From: the human T2T-CHM13v2.0 reference genome, Homo sapiens
DNA: 64,000 nucleotides
Strand: one strand, 5' to 3'
Assembly (NCBI RefSeq): GCF_009914755.1
Contig: NC_060928.1
Within the stretch, counting starts at the first letter, position 1, and every line of letters begins with the position of its first letter. The position numbers were made by a program, and so were the translations under genes. The notes below the pieces were generated by a model. That model saw nothing but the letters and a program-made list of their open reading frames with translations. It was not told the DNA's origin and searched no databases. Positions 12,337-24,832 of this stretch are shown piece by piece.

Positions 12337-14578
12337 TGTATTATTCCATTTTCACACTGCTGATAAAGACTTACCTGAGACTGGGTAATTTATAAAGGAA
12401 AGAGGTTTAATAGACTCACAATTCCACATGACTGGGGAGGCCTCAATCATGGTGGAAGGAGAAAGGCATGTCTTACATGCCAGCAGACAAGCCAGAATAA
12501 TGATAGCCAAGTGAAAGGGGAAACCCATTATGAAATCATCAGATCTCATGGCACTTACTCACTACCACAAGAACAGCATGAGGAAAACCGCCCCCGTGAT
12601 TCAATTATCTCCCACTGGGTTCCTCCCACAACACGTGAGAATTATGTAAGCTACAATTCAAGGTGAGATTTTGGGCAGAGAAACAGCCAAACTATATCAT
12701 TCTACCCTGGCACCTCACAAAACTCATGTCCTCACATTTCAAAACCAATCATGTTTTCCCAACAGTCCCCCAAAGTTTTAACTCATTTTAGCATTAACTC
12801 AAAAGTTAACTCAAAAGGGCAAGTTCCTTCTGCCTATCAGCCTGTAAAATCAAAATCAAGTTAGTTACTTCCTAGATACAATGGGGATACAAGCATTGGG
12901 TAAATACAGTTATTCCAAATGGGAGAAATTAGCCAAAACAAAGGGGTTACAGGCCCCAGACAAGTCCAAAATCCAGTGGGGAAGTCAAATTTTAAAGTTT
13001 CAAAATGATCTCCTTTGACTCCATGTCTCACATCCAGGTCACGCTGATGTAAAAGGTGGGATTCCATGGCCTTGGGCACCTCTGCCCCATGGCTTTGCAC
13101 CCCAGTCCCCCACCAAGCTGCTTTTATGGGCTAGTTTTGAGTGCCTGCGGCTTTTCCAGGTGTACAGTGCAAACTGTTGGTAGATTTGCCATTCCGGGTC
13201 ATTGAGGACAGTGGCCCTCTTCCCACAGCTCCACTAGGCAGTGGTCCAGTGGAGACTCTGCTGGGGCTTCAACCCCACATTTCCCGTTAGCGCTACCCTA
13301 GCAAAGGTTCTCCATGAGGGCCCCACTCCTGCAACAAACTTCAGCCTGGACATCCCGGCATTCCATACATCCTCTGACATCTAGGTGGAGGTTCCCAAAC
13401 CTTAATTCTTGACTTTTTGGCACCAGCAGGCTCAACACCATGTGGAAGCTGCCAAGGCTTGGGGATTGCACCCTCTGAAGCCATGGCCCGGTCTGGACTG
13501 TGGCCCTTTTAGCCATGGCTAGATCAGCTGGGATACAGGGCACCAAACCATTTATTCCTTCTTGTTCTTCAGGCCTGTGATAGGAAGGGCTGTCACAAAG
13601 GTCTTTGACATGCCCTGGAGACATTTCTCCCATTGTCTTTGCAATTAACATTTGGGTCCTCATTACTTATGCAAATTTCTGCAGCTGGCTTGAATCTCTC
13701 TTCAGAAAATGGGTTTTTATTTTATACTGCATTGTCAGGCTATATATTTTCCAAACTTTTATCCTCTATTTTCTTTTTATAACGAAATGCTTTTGACAGC
13801 ACCCAAGTCACCTTTTAATGCTTTACTTCTTAGAAATTTCTTCCACCAGATACCCTAAATCATCTCTCTCAAGTTGAAAATTCCACAGATTTCTAGAGCA
13901 GGGGCAAAATGCTACCAGTCTCTTTGCTAAAATATAGCAAGAGTCACCTATACTCCCATTCCCAACAAGTTTCTCATCTCCATCTGAAACCACCTCAGCC
14001 TCGATTTCATTGTCCATATCATTATCAGCATTTTGGTCAAAGCCATTCAATAAGTCTCTAGGAAGTTCCAAACTTTTCTGTATTTTCCTGTGGTCTACTA
14101 AGCCCTCCAAACTCTTCCAACCTCTGCCTGTTACCCAGTTCCAAAGTCACATCCCCATTTTCAGGTATCTTTACAGCACTGTCACAGTCCCAGTACCAAT
14201 TTACTGTATGAATCCGTTTTCACATTGCTGATAAAGCCATACCCAAGACTGGGAATTTATAAAGGAAAGATGTTTTAATGGACTCATATTTCCATATGGC
14301 TGGGGAGGTCTCACAATCCTGGTGGAAGGTAAGGAGGAGCAAGTCACATCTTACATGGCAGCCAGGAAGAGAGAGAATGAGAACCAAGTGAAAGAGGCTT
14401 CCCCTTAAAAAAACCATTATAACTCGTGAGACTTATTCAGTATACCATGAGAACAGTATGGGGAAAACCGCCCCCATGATTCAATTACCTCCCACTAAGT
14501 CTCTCCCATAACATATGGGAATTATGCGAGCTACAATTCATTATGAGATTTGGGTGAGGAGACAGAAAAACCATATCA
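12337..14578 (-). mobile_element. Complete THE1B element: 3' LTR 12337-12699, internal 12700-14204, 5' LTR 14205-14578
   Basis: Two THE1B LTRs flank a ~1.5-kb THE1-int; ORF 13823..14110 (SLELPRDLLNGFDQNADNDMDNEIEAEVVSDGDE) is the MaLR internal ORF remnant; TSD aatgt/gatgt. Confidence 0.93.
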
Positions 14579-14977
14579 GATGTCAACAATTATTATATCT
14601 ACCACAACATTGTGCAGAATGCCAATTACATGGTCAGTTATTTGTAAATTCTGTTAAATTGAGTGTTTGCCTTTTATTGCAGAAGACAGTTTAATTTATG
14701 ATTTTACTTTGTAAATTAGAAATATTAGAAATACATAAGAAATTCATTTGAAATTTTTTCTTCTACCTGGTTTAAAGACCACCTATCAAATCCATTTAAT
14801 TTTCCATTTGAAAAATTTATATAGACACAATTTTATTTGGTACCTACTCATCCACAACATTACTTGACTTAATAGACTAAATTTTAATGACTGAAATTGA
14901 ACCCAAAATATTTTTCAGCACATCATTCAGCATATAACTCCAGGCTTAAGGACAAAAAAAAGAAACAGGCAGAATTA

Positions 14978-17696
14978 CAGGAATACCTCAGAGATATTGA
15001 GGATTCAGTTCCAGACCCCTACAGTAAAGTAAATTTCACAATAATGCAAGTCACAAAAATATTTTTGTTCCCCTGGGTATATAAAAGTTATGTTTGCACT
15101 ATAATCTATTAAGTATGCAATAATATTATGTCAAAAAAGAATGTACATACCTTAAGTTGAAAATTTTTTGTTGCTAAAAAATGCTAAGAATCATCTGAGC
15201 CTTCAACAAGTTGTAATCTTTTTGCTAGTGGAAAGTCTTGCTTCAATGTTGATGACCACTGCCTGGTCAGGGTGCTGGCTGCTGAAGGTTGGGGTGACTG
15301 GCATTTTCTTAAATAAGAAGACAAAGTTTGCCAAGCTGATTGACTGTACTTTTCACAAAATATTTATCTGTAGCACAAAATGTTGTTTTATGTCATCTTG
15401 CCTACAATAGAACTTCTTTCAAAATTGGGGTCAATCCTGTATAACTCTGCTGCTGCTTTATCAATTAAGTTTATGGATTATTCTAAATTCTTTGTCATCA
15501 TTTCAACAATGTTCATGGCATCTTCACCAGGCTTAAATTCCATATTAGTAAACCACTTTCTTTGCTTATCCATAAGAAGCAACTCCTCATCTGTTCAATT
15601 TATATCATGAAATTGTAGAAATTCAGTAACATATTCACTTTCCACGTCTAATTCTAGTTCTTTCACTGTTTTCACCACATTATTACCTTCACATAAGTCT
15701 TGAACCCCTCAAAGTTATCCTTAAGAGTTGGAATCAACTTTTTGCAAACTCCTGTTAATGTCGATATTTTGACCTTTTTCTATGAATTACAAATGTTCTT
15801 AATGGCATCTAGAATGATGAATGCTTTCTAGAATGTTTTCAATTTATTTTGCCCAGATCCATTAGGGGAATCACTACTCATGACAGCTATAGCCTTAAAA
15901 AATGTGTTTCTTAAGAAATAAGACTTGAAATTCAAAATTACTTTTTGATCAATGGTATACAGAGTGGATGTTGTGTTAGCAGGTATGAAAATTGAATTAA
16001 TCTCCTTGTACGTCTCCATTAGAGCTCCTGGGTAATTAGGTACATTGCCAACAAATAGTAATATTTTGAAAATAATCTTTTATTTCTCAGGTGTGGGTCT
16101 CAACAGTGAGTTAAAAATATTCAATAAGGTGTTCTGTAAACAGATGTGCTGTTATCCAGGCTTTGCTATTCTATTTATAGAGTATAGGCCAAGCAGATTG
16201 AGTGTAATTCTTCCAGGCCTGAGGAGTTCAGAATGATCAATAATCATTGGTCTTAGCTTAAGTTACCAGCTGCAATAGTCCCTAACAAAAAGCCAGCCTA
16301 TCTATGAAAGCTTTGAAGCCAGGCCTTGACTTCTCTCTAGCAATGAAAGTCCTAAATGGTATATTCTTACAATAGAAGGGTGTTTTCTCTACATGGAAAA
16401 ATGTGTTGCTTAGCGTACTCACATTCATCACTATCTTAGCTAAATTTTCCAGAAACCTTGCTGCAGCTTCTCCATCAGCATTTGCTGCTTGACTTTGAAC
16501 ATTTATGTTATGGAGACAATTTCTTTGATTAAATCTCATGAACTAACCGTTTCTAGCTTCAAACATTTCTTCTGCAGCTTCCTCATCTTTCTTAGCCTTC
16601 ATAGAATTGAAGAGTTAGGAGCCTGGTTCTAGATTAGGCTTTGGCTTAAGGGAATATTGTGATCGGTTTGATCTTCTATCCAGATGACTAAAACTTTCTT
16701 TGTATCAGCAATAACACTATTTTACTCACTATCATTCATGTATTCACTGGAGTAGCACTTTCAATTTCCTTCAAGAACTTTTTTATTGCATTCACAACTT
16801 AGCTAACTGGTGCAAGAGTCTTAGCTTTTGGCCTGTCTTGTCTTTCAATGTGCCTTTCTCACTAACCATACTCATTTCTAGCTTTTGATTTAAAATGAAT
16901 GATTGTGACTCTTCTTTTCATATGAACACTTCATAGGAGGACACTGTATGGTGGTTAACTTGCATAATTTTAATGTGTGGTGTCTCTGGGAGTAGGGAGG
17001 CCTGAGAAGACAAAGAGAGATGGGGAAACTGCTATGCGGTGGAGCAGTCTGAACACATGGACTTCTCAACTAAGTTCATCTTATATGAGCATTGTTTGTA
17101 ATGTCCCCAAATAATTATAATAGTAATGTCAAAGATCACCATAACAGACATAAAAATAATACAAAGTTTGAAATATTGTGATAATTACCAAAATGTGACA
17201 CAGAGACATGAAGTGAGCACATGCTGTTGGGAAAATGGTGCTAATAGATTTGCTTGACACAGTGTTGCCACAAACCTTCAACTTGTAAAAAACTCAGTAT
17301 CTGAAACACACAATAAAGTTAAGTGCAATTAAAAGAGGTGGGCTAGGCACAGTGGCTCAGGCCTGTAATCCCAGTACTTTGGGAGGCAGAGACAGATGGA
17401 TCACTTGAAGTCAGGGGTTTGAGACCAGCCTGGACCACATGGTGAAACCCTGTATCTACTAAAAATAAAAAATTAGCCGGGTGGTTTTTTGTGCCTGTAG
17501 TCCCAGCTATGTGGGAGGCTGAGGCGGGAGGATAGCTTGAACTTGGTTGGCGGAGGTGACAGTAAGCCAAGATTGTGCCACTGAATTCCAGCCTGGCAGA
17601 CAGAGTGAGAATTCCTCTCAAAAAAAGAAAAAAAAAAAAAAAAAAAAAAAAAAAGAAAAGAAAGAAAAAGAAAAGAAGAAAAGACAGTTGTGTCTA
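14978..17696 (-). mobile_element. Full-length Tigger1 DNA transposon (pogo/TcMar) with decayed transposase
   Basis: TA-caggaatacctc TIR at 14976-14989; transposase fragments in ORFs 15828..16019 (PANTTSTLYTIDQKVILNFKSYFLRNTF) and 16282..16539; the other TIR is split by an Alu and ends tgtcta-TA at 17691-17698. Confidence 0.93.
17341..17680 (+). mobile_element. Alu (Jb/Sz-like) inserted in the Tigger1 TIR
   Basis: Dimeric Alu with long A/GAAA tail; degenerate TSD aaaagaggtg / aaaagacagttg. Confidence 0.9.
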
Positions 17697-18314
17697 TAGT
17701 TAAGCCAGAATTTGAACCTAAAAATATTAATAAGCCATGAAAAGGAGTCTCTCTTTAAAGCCCTTACATTTTTATATAACTTGGGCTGCCCTGGTACAAA
17801 CACATCAAATTTATAAAATTAACAAATATTAGAGACATAAAAATCCTTAAAAATTATATAACTTAGCCAATGTTTAAACAAATGAACTGATATTAGATTT
17901 GTCCTTTTTCATTCAGCTAATGTACTAGCAAAACTAAGACTAGAATATAGAACTCCTGATTTCCAACTTAGCACTTTTGCCTGACTGTATATTGATGGTC
18001 ACGTAAGCAGTTGCTCAGAAAAGCTAGAATTAATGGTAGAGATCTCAGTTTTATTGGTGTGTACTTTTTAGTAGAATATGTAATAACATATCTAGGCATT
18101 CTCTAACTCTCAGTGTTCTTCCACTGATGCAACAGATTTCTATTTTTTTTTCGTCCCTCCTGCACATTTTATTTCCTACCCAGTGTAGGTTTCTGGTGCA
18201 TAGATGTTTCTCAAAAATATTTATTGAATGAATAATAAAATTTTATGATGATGATCAGTTGACTGTGTTGCACCATATTTTATGGAGGGGTTCTAAGAAG
18301 ACAGAAAAAAATAG

Positions 18315-18708
<394 letters not shown>

Positions 18709-20426
18709 GAAGTGGACAATTCTTAAATAAAAGAATAATATGTTTAATAAATATTCTCCATGTGTGTCTGTATTTTTGAGCATGCCTACAAACATATATG
18801 TTTTCATTTGAGCTCTGTACTTTCTAGGCCCTAATAGTCTACCCCTTTCCCCACATTTTCTCCAACTTACTGGGAAAAAATGAAGCAGCTGGACCAGAGA
18901 CATCTTTGGTTTCTTCTATCTGTTGCATCCTTATGATTCTCATATGCTATACTTCTAATTAAATTCCTTGATGCTAATTAAGAATGAGAATAGAACAAAT
19001 GGCACTAGCTGAATCCAGACATCCTTCTGTTAAACTTAGTGAGTTCTTCAGGGCTGGGCGTTTAGATATTTCCCCTAATTAGGATTCATTGGCACTCACA
19101 CCCTGTCATATGTACTTTATCATCAGTTCCATCAAAATGATCCCAGAGAGTAGATCAGAAAATACCTGTCTTCTCTAAAGTACTCATAATCACAAGACTG
19201 TTTTGTTTTGTTTTTTTTCAGCAGTGCTGCAACATCCTAAGAATCTGTGGTTTGGCAGATGGTGTGATGCAGTGTGTAATTTGGCATGCTATGTCTATCA
19301 GCCTGTGGTAACCCTTAGGCATTTTATTTCTACAGGAAACGATGATGGTGAGGACAACATGTGGTGACCCACAGGAACATAATCATGTTAACTCCTGACT
19401 CTGCAAAAACTTAGCACGTGGCATTGTTTTTAGCATCTTCTAAGAAGCCGACATTGATTAAATAGACATTTGTTTGACTGCATTAGATTGCTTCTGGTTG
19501 GTTTGTTCTTTCTTCCACTAAATTTACCAAAGAATGTACTAGAGTAGTGTGAAATTGGAAGTCTGGTAACTGATCAGCATCACCTCCACTGCTGCATACA
19601 CTAATAACTTCAACTCATATTTGGTAGTTTTTAAATTCTCTCATGCAATCAGAAGACCTTAAATTCTAATATTTTTCTATTAATGCTCTACAGCATTATG
19701 TCTCATTTCAAATGAAATATTAAGTATTAAGAAAGCCAACTTACATGGCTTATATTTGTGGCAAAAAATGATGAATGTTGTGGAAATAGAGATGTGTAAA
19801 TGTGAATAAGAAAATAAGCAATTATTTCTTTTCTATCTTGAAAATGAGCAAAAAAATTAAGGTGAATCAAAGCAAGGTTCATAAAAATATAAGCCTTATA
19901 TTTAAAGACACGATTTAACATTTTTATTCCCTTCAATTTTTTTGCAGGAAAGGACACACAATCCACCTCTTTTCTCAGGATAAAAACCTGTAAAATAAAA
20001 TATTAACTATTAAGTTTAAGACCTATAAGTGAAAGACAGAAAAAATCACAATATGCAACGAATTTCTGTGTTACCCTGTCTTCCTGTGAGGATTATCTAT
20101 TTTTCTCTCCTTCTGTGGCAATATATACAGTCACATCTTTAGAAAGAAGCAACTTCAAAGTGCTTTTTTCCATGTAGTAGTCCAGTGAGAAAATTGAAAA
20201 CTAAATAAATCAGTTGAAATAATTTTTATTCCTTGAGCTGATCTTTATTCAGTCCATGGAGGAACAGGTGAACTTGTTTAAATCTGCACTAAGAATACCG
20301 ACAATTTTTATTACCACGGGTGAAGGGAGGGCTTCTAAATCCAAAGCTCCAGAGAGTGATGGGAAAGCCCTAACACAGTCTCCACAGTGTGCTTGAAGAA
20401 GATTTTGACCTTCAGTACTCACTAAA

Positions 20427-21406
20427 TCTAACAAGTGTGAAGTAATATCTCATCATGGTTTTAATTTACGCTTCCCTGATGATTAGTGATGTTATGTTTT
20501 CACATACCTGTTGGCCACTTGTATGTCTTCTTTTGTGAAATGCCTATTAAGTTCCTTTGCTCATTTTAAAATCAGGTTATTTGTTTTCTTGCTATTAAGT
20601 TGAATTATCTATATATTTTGAATATTAATCCCTTAACAGATGTATGAGTTGCAAATGTTCTCCTGTTCCCTAGATTGCGTCTTAACTTTTTTTATTGTTT
20701 CCTTTGCTGTGTAGAAGCTTTTAGTTTGATATAATCCCACTTGTCTATTTTTGCTTTTGTTGCCTATGCTTTTTTGTCATATCCAAAAAAACTCATTGCC
20801 TAGACCAATGTCATAGAGTATTTCCTCTATGTTTTCTTCCAGGAGTTTTCTAGTTTTGGTTCTTGCATTTAAGTCTGTACTTAATTTTGAGTTTGCTTTT
20901 GTGTGTGATGTGAGATGAGGGACTAATTTCATTCTTCTGCCTGTGATATCCAGTTTACCCAACACCATTTATTGAAGAGACTATCCTTTCCCCATTGTGT
21001 GTTCTTGCCAACTCTGTCAACAATCTGCTGACTTTAAATACATGAATTTTGTTCTGGGCTTTCTATTCTGTCCCATTGTTCTGTCTCTCTGTTTTTTATG
21101 CCAGTACCATCCTGTTTTGATTACTATAGCTTTGTAGTGTATATTGATGCCAAGTACCATGATGCCTCCAGCCTTGTTCTTTTTGCTCAAGATTACTTTG
21201 TCTATTTGGAGTCCTTTGTGGCTTCACAAAAAAATTTTAATTTTTTTTCTATTTCTGTGAAAAATGTCATCAGAATTTTGATAAGGATTGCATCAAATCT
21301 GTAGATCACTTGGGTCATATGAAAATTTTAACAATATTAATTCTTCCAACCCTTAAACATGAATATCTTTAAATTTATTTACAGCTTCTTTAATTTCTTT
21401 ATTAAT
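20427..21406 (-). mobile_element. L1MA ORF2 segment; inverted 5' part of the adjacent L1
   Basis: ORF 20777..20968 (-) [16 protein letters not shown]...KLLEENIEEILYDIGLGNEF is L1 ORF2. Confidence 0.88.
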
Positions 21407-21485
21407 ATGGAGAAATGAAAATGCTGACACACAGTTGTGAGAATGTAATTATTACAGCCACTGTGAAAAACAATATGCAGGTTTT

Positions 21486-21978
<493 letters not shown>

Positions 21979-21995
21979 CTAAAAAATTCAAAATA

Positions 21996-22305
21996 TGGTA
22001 GGAGACAGAAAAGAATAAGGAACTTTTAGTTAACAGATTTGAAGTTACAGCTATAAGAGAAATGTAAGTTCTCTAGTGTTCTATAGCACTGCAGAGTGAA
22101 TATGATTAATAATAATTTATATTTTCAAGAAGCTAGAAGACAGGATTTTGAACTTACACAGCACACAGAAATGATAAATGTTTGAGGTGATAAATATCCT
22201 AATTACTCTGATTTGATTATTACACATTATATACAAGTATTGAAATATTACTCTGTATTCCATAAATATACAACTGTTACATGTCAACTAAAACTAAAAG
22301 GAAAA
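21996..22305 (+). mobile_element. Short L1MA3-like 3' end nested in the older L1
   Basis: gaaatgataaatgtttgaggtgat...atgtcaactaaaactaaaagg; the host L1 resumes at aaaatagaactgcc. Confidence 0.75.
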
Positions 22306-22570
22306 ACGATTAAAATAGAACTGCCACATGATTCTGCAATCTCACTTCTGGGTATATGTCCAAAGGAAATGCAATCAGTATGTTGAAAAAATACCTGCAC
22401 TCCCACATTCATCGCAGCATTATTCACAATAGCCAAAATATAGAATCAACCTAAGTGTTCATCAATAAATGAATGGATAAAGAAAATGTGGTATATGCTC
22501 ATTGGAGTGCTTTTTAGCCTCACAGGTGTGAGACACCGCACCTGGCCTTGTTTTTTAACAAGGAAATCTT

Positions 22571-22860
22571 GGCCAGGTGCTGTGGCTTACATCTGTAATC
22601 CCAGCACTTTGGGAGGCAGAGGCAGGCAGATCACCTGAGGTCAGGAGTTCGAGACCAGCCTGGCCAACATGGTGAAACCCCATGTCTACTAAAAATACAA
22701 AGATTAGCCGAGTGTGGTGGTGCATGCCTGTAATCCCAGCTACTCAGGAGGCTGAGGCAAGATAATTGCTTGAACCTGGGAGGCGGAGTTTGCCATGAGC
22801 CAAGATCACCCCACTGCACTCCAGCCTGGGCGACAGAATGAGACTCCATCTCAAAAACAA
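22571..22860 (+). mobile_element. AluSx
   Basis: Dimeric Alu; TSD aacaaggaaatctt / aagaaggaagtctt. Confidence 0.93.
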
Positions 22861-24538
22861 AAGAAGGAAGTCTTGTCATTTGTGACAACATGGATAAACC
22901 TGGAAGACATTATGTTAAGTGAAATAAACCGGACACAGAAAGACAAATGCCACATGATCTCACTTGCATTAGAAGTCTCAAAAAGTTGAACCCATAGAAA
23001 CAGAGAGTAGAATGGTAGATACCAATGGCTGAGATAGGAGGGAATGAGTGGTTTGACTAGATGTTGGTCAAAGGATATAAAATTTCAGTTAGATAAGATG
23101 AAAAATTCCACAGATGTACTGTACAGCATGGTGACTATAGTTAATAGCAGTATATGGTAGTCTAAAAATCTCCATGAGAGTAGATTTTCAATAATCTTAC
23201 CACAAAAAATGTAACTTTGTTAGGAAATAAATATATGAATTAGCTCAATGTGTATATATATATATATATATGTTATATATTTCAAAATGTCATGTTGTAT
23301 ACAATAAATTTAAACAATTTTGTCATTAAATGTTTAATAAAAAATAGTTCTAAACTGTAAATCATCACTAAAATTTATATAGGAACAGAATTTATGTTCA
23401 TAATAGAGAGCTTCTTATAGTTGAAAATATTTATAAACAATTATCAGCAAATATGTTGTTAAACATGGCATAAAATAAAGTTGATGAAAACTTTTAAGTA
23501 AAATGACAAATCTCTATCAAATATAAAAAGAATTGAAGGAAACAAAGACAATATTTTAAATATTTATTCCCAGTCTACTTTAGTTTTATGAATCTGTGCC
23601 TTATTCTTTAATATATAATTAGAATATATTGACTATCTCTCTATATTCTGTATCTTGAATATATAGAATATCAAAATAGGCTTGGAGCCTATTTTTATAT
23701 GTTTCAAACAAGAAAATCTCCTTTCATACTGCCTCCTAGCAACTAGACCTTGGGCACAATCACACTAGTAGTAGCTTTGGCTACAGATTCAAGGTGTGAA
23801 AATGTGAAGTTGCCTTCACAAGTCCAAGAAGAAAATCATGGGGCTCTTCTAACCTTTATGAATTCCAGCATTGACTTTTATTCTATGCCGTGATGGTCAC
23901 TTGCTATGGAAGCCTGAAAAATTTAACAGATATTTAAGTCTTAATTAGTTTTTATTCAGAATCCCCAAACTAAAAAGGATATGCTCTGTAACCTCTTATC
24001 AAGGACCCACTTGTACAAGGGCCTCTTGCCAGATAGATGTCTTAGAAAGACATTTAGCCCGAAAGCCACATGGTTGCCAACAAATGTTTTATTTTATTTC
24101 TTTGGTCTCATATCTAATAATCCCTTACTCATTTTGAATTCCTTTTATTTTTTTTTTTTACTATATCTTTTAAGTAGAAGGCTTTTAAAGTGTGTCATGG
24201 AGACAGAAGCCCATACTTACCTCCTGAGCATCTATGGAAAATTAAGAGTTGGCTTTTATTATAGGTCTCTCAAGTGAGCTAAGCATAACCAAGCATAGGC
24301 TCCTACTTAAGGTATTACATTTTTAGAGAGTACTGAAAAGGTAGGCGTCCTTCAAACTACCTGGGATGAAGGAAAAGCTTTGGAGTCCCAAGGAATAGCA
24401 GAGGGAGAATAAGGATGGCACCTGAATGTGGTGTAGGGGTTCCAGGGACCAACTTCTCAGGGTCTTGAGAAGACCACTGCTCTGCATGATTGTATGATTC
24501 CTGTGGGGCAATTCCCACCCACGACAGTTCCTTCACTA

Positions 24539-24832
24539 TTTTTTTTTTTGAATCAAGATGTTTCTCTATCATCCAGGCTGGAGTAAAGTGTCAGGATTGC
24601 AGCTTCAGCCTCATGGGCTCAAGCTATCATCTCACATCAGCCTCCTGAGTAGCTGGGGTTACAGGTGCACACCACCATGCCTAGCTAATTTTTAAATTTT
24701 TTTTGTAGAGATGGGGGTGTGGGGCATCTCACTATACTGCCAGACTGGTCTCAAACTCCTGGCCCCAAGCAATCTTTCTGCCTTAAACTTCCACAGTGGT
24801 GGTATTACATGTGTGAGCCATCACACCTGGCC
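24539..24832 (-). mobile_element. AluJ
   Basis: Divergent antisense Alu with J-type gggctcaagc. Confidence 0.85.

Noticed and set aside
15828-16539. TIGD1-like domesticated transposase gene
   Set aside because: Fragmented ORFs within a decayed Tigger1 copy
19200-19360. Two acceptor-like motifs (ttttttttcag, ttttatttctacag) with possible downstream donors
   Set aside because: Such motifs are frequent by chance in AT-rich DNA; there is no coherent reading frame or other support
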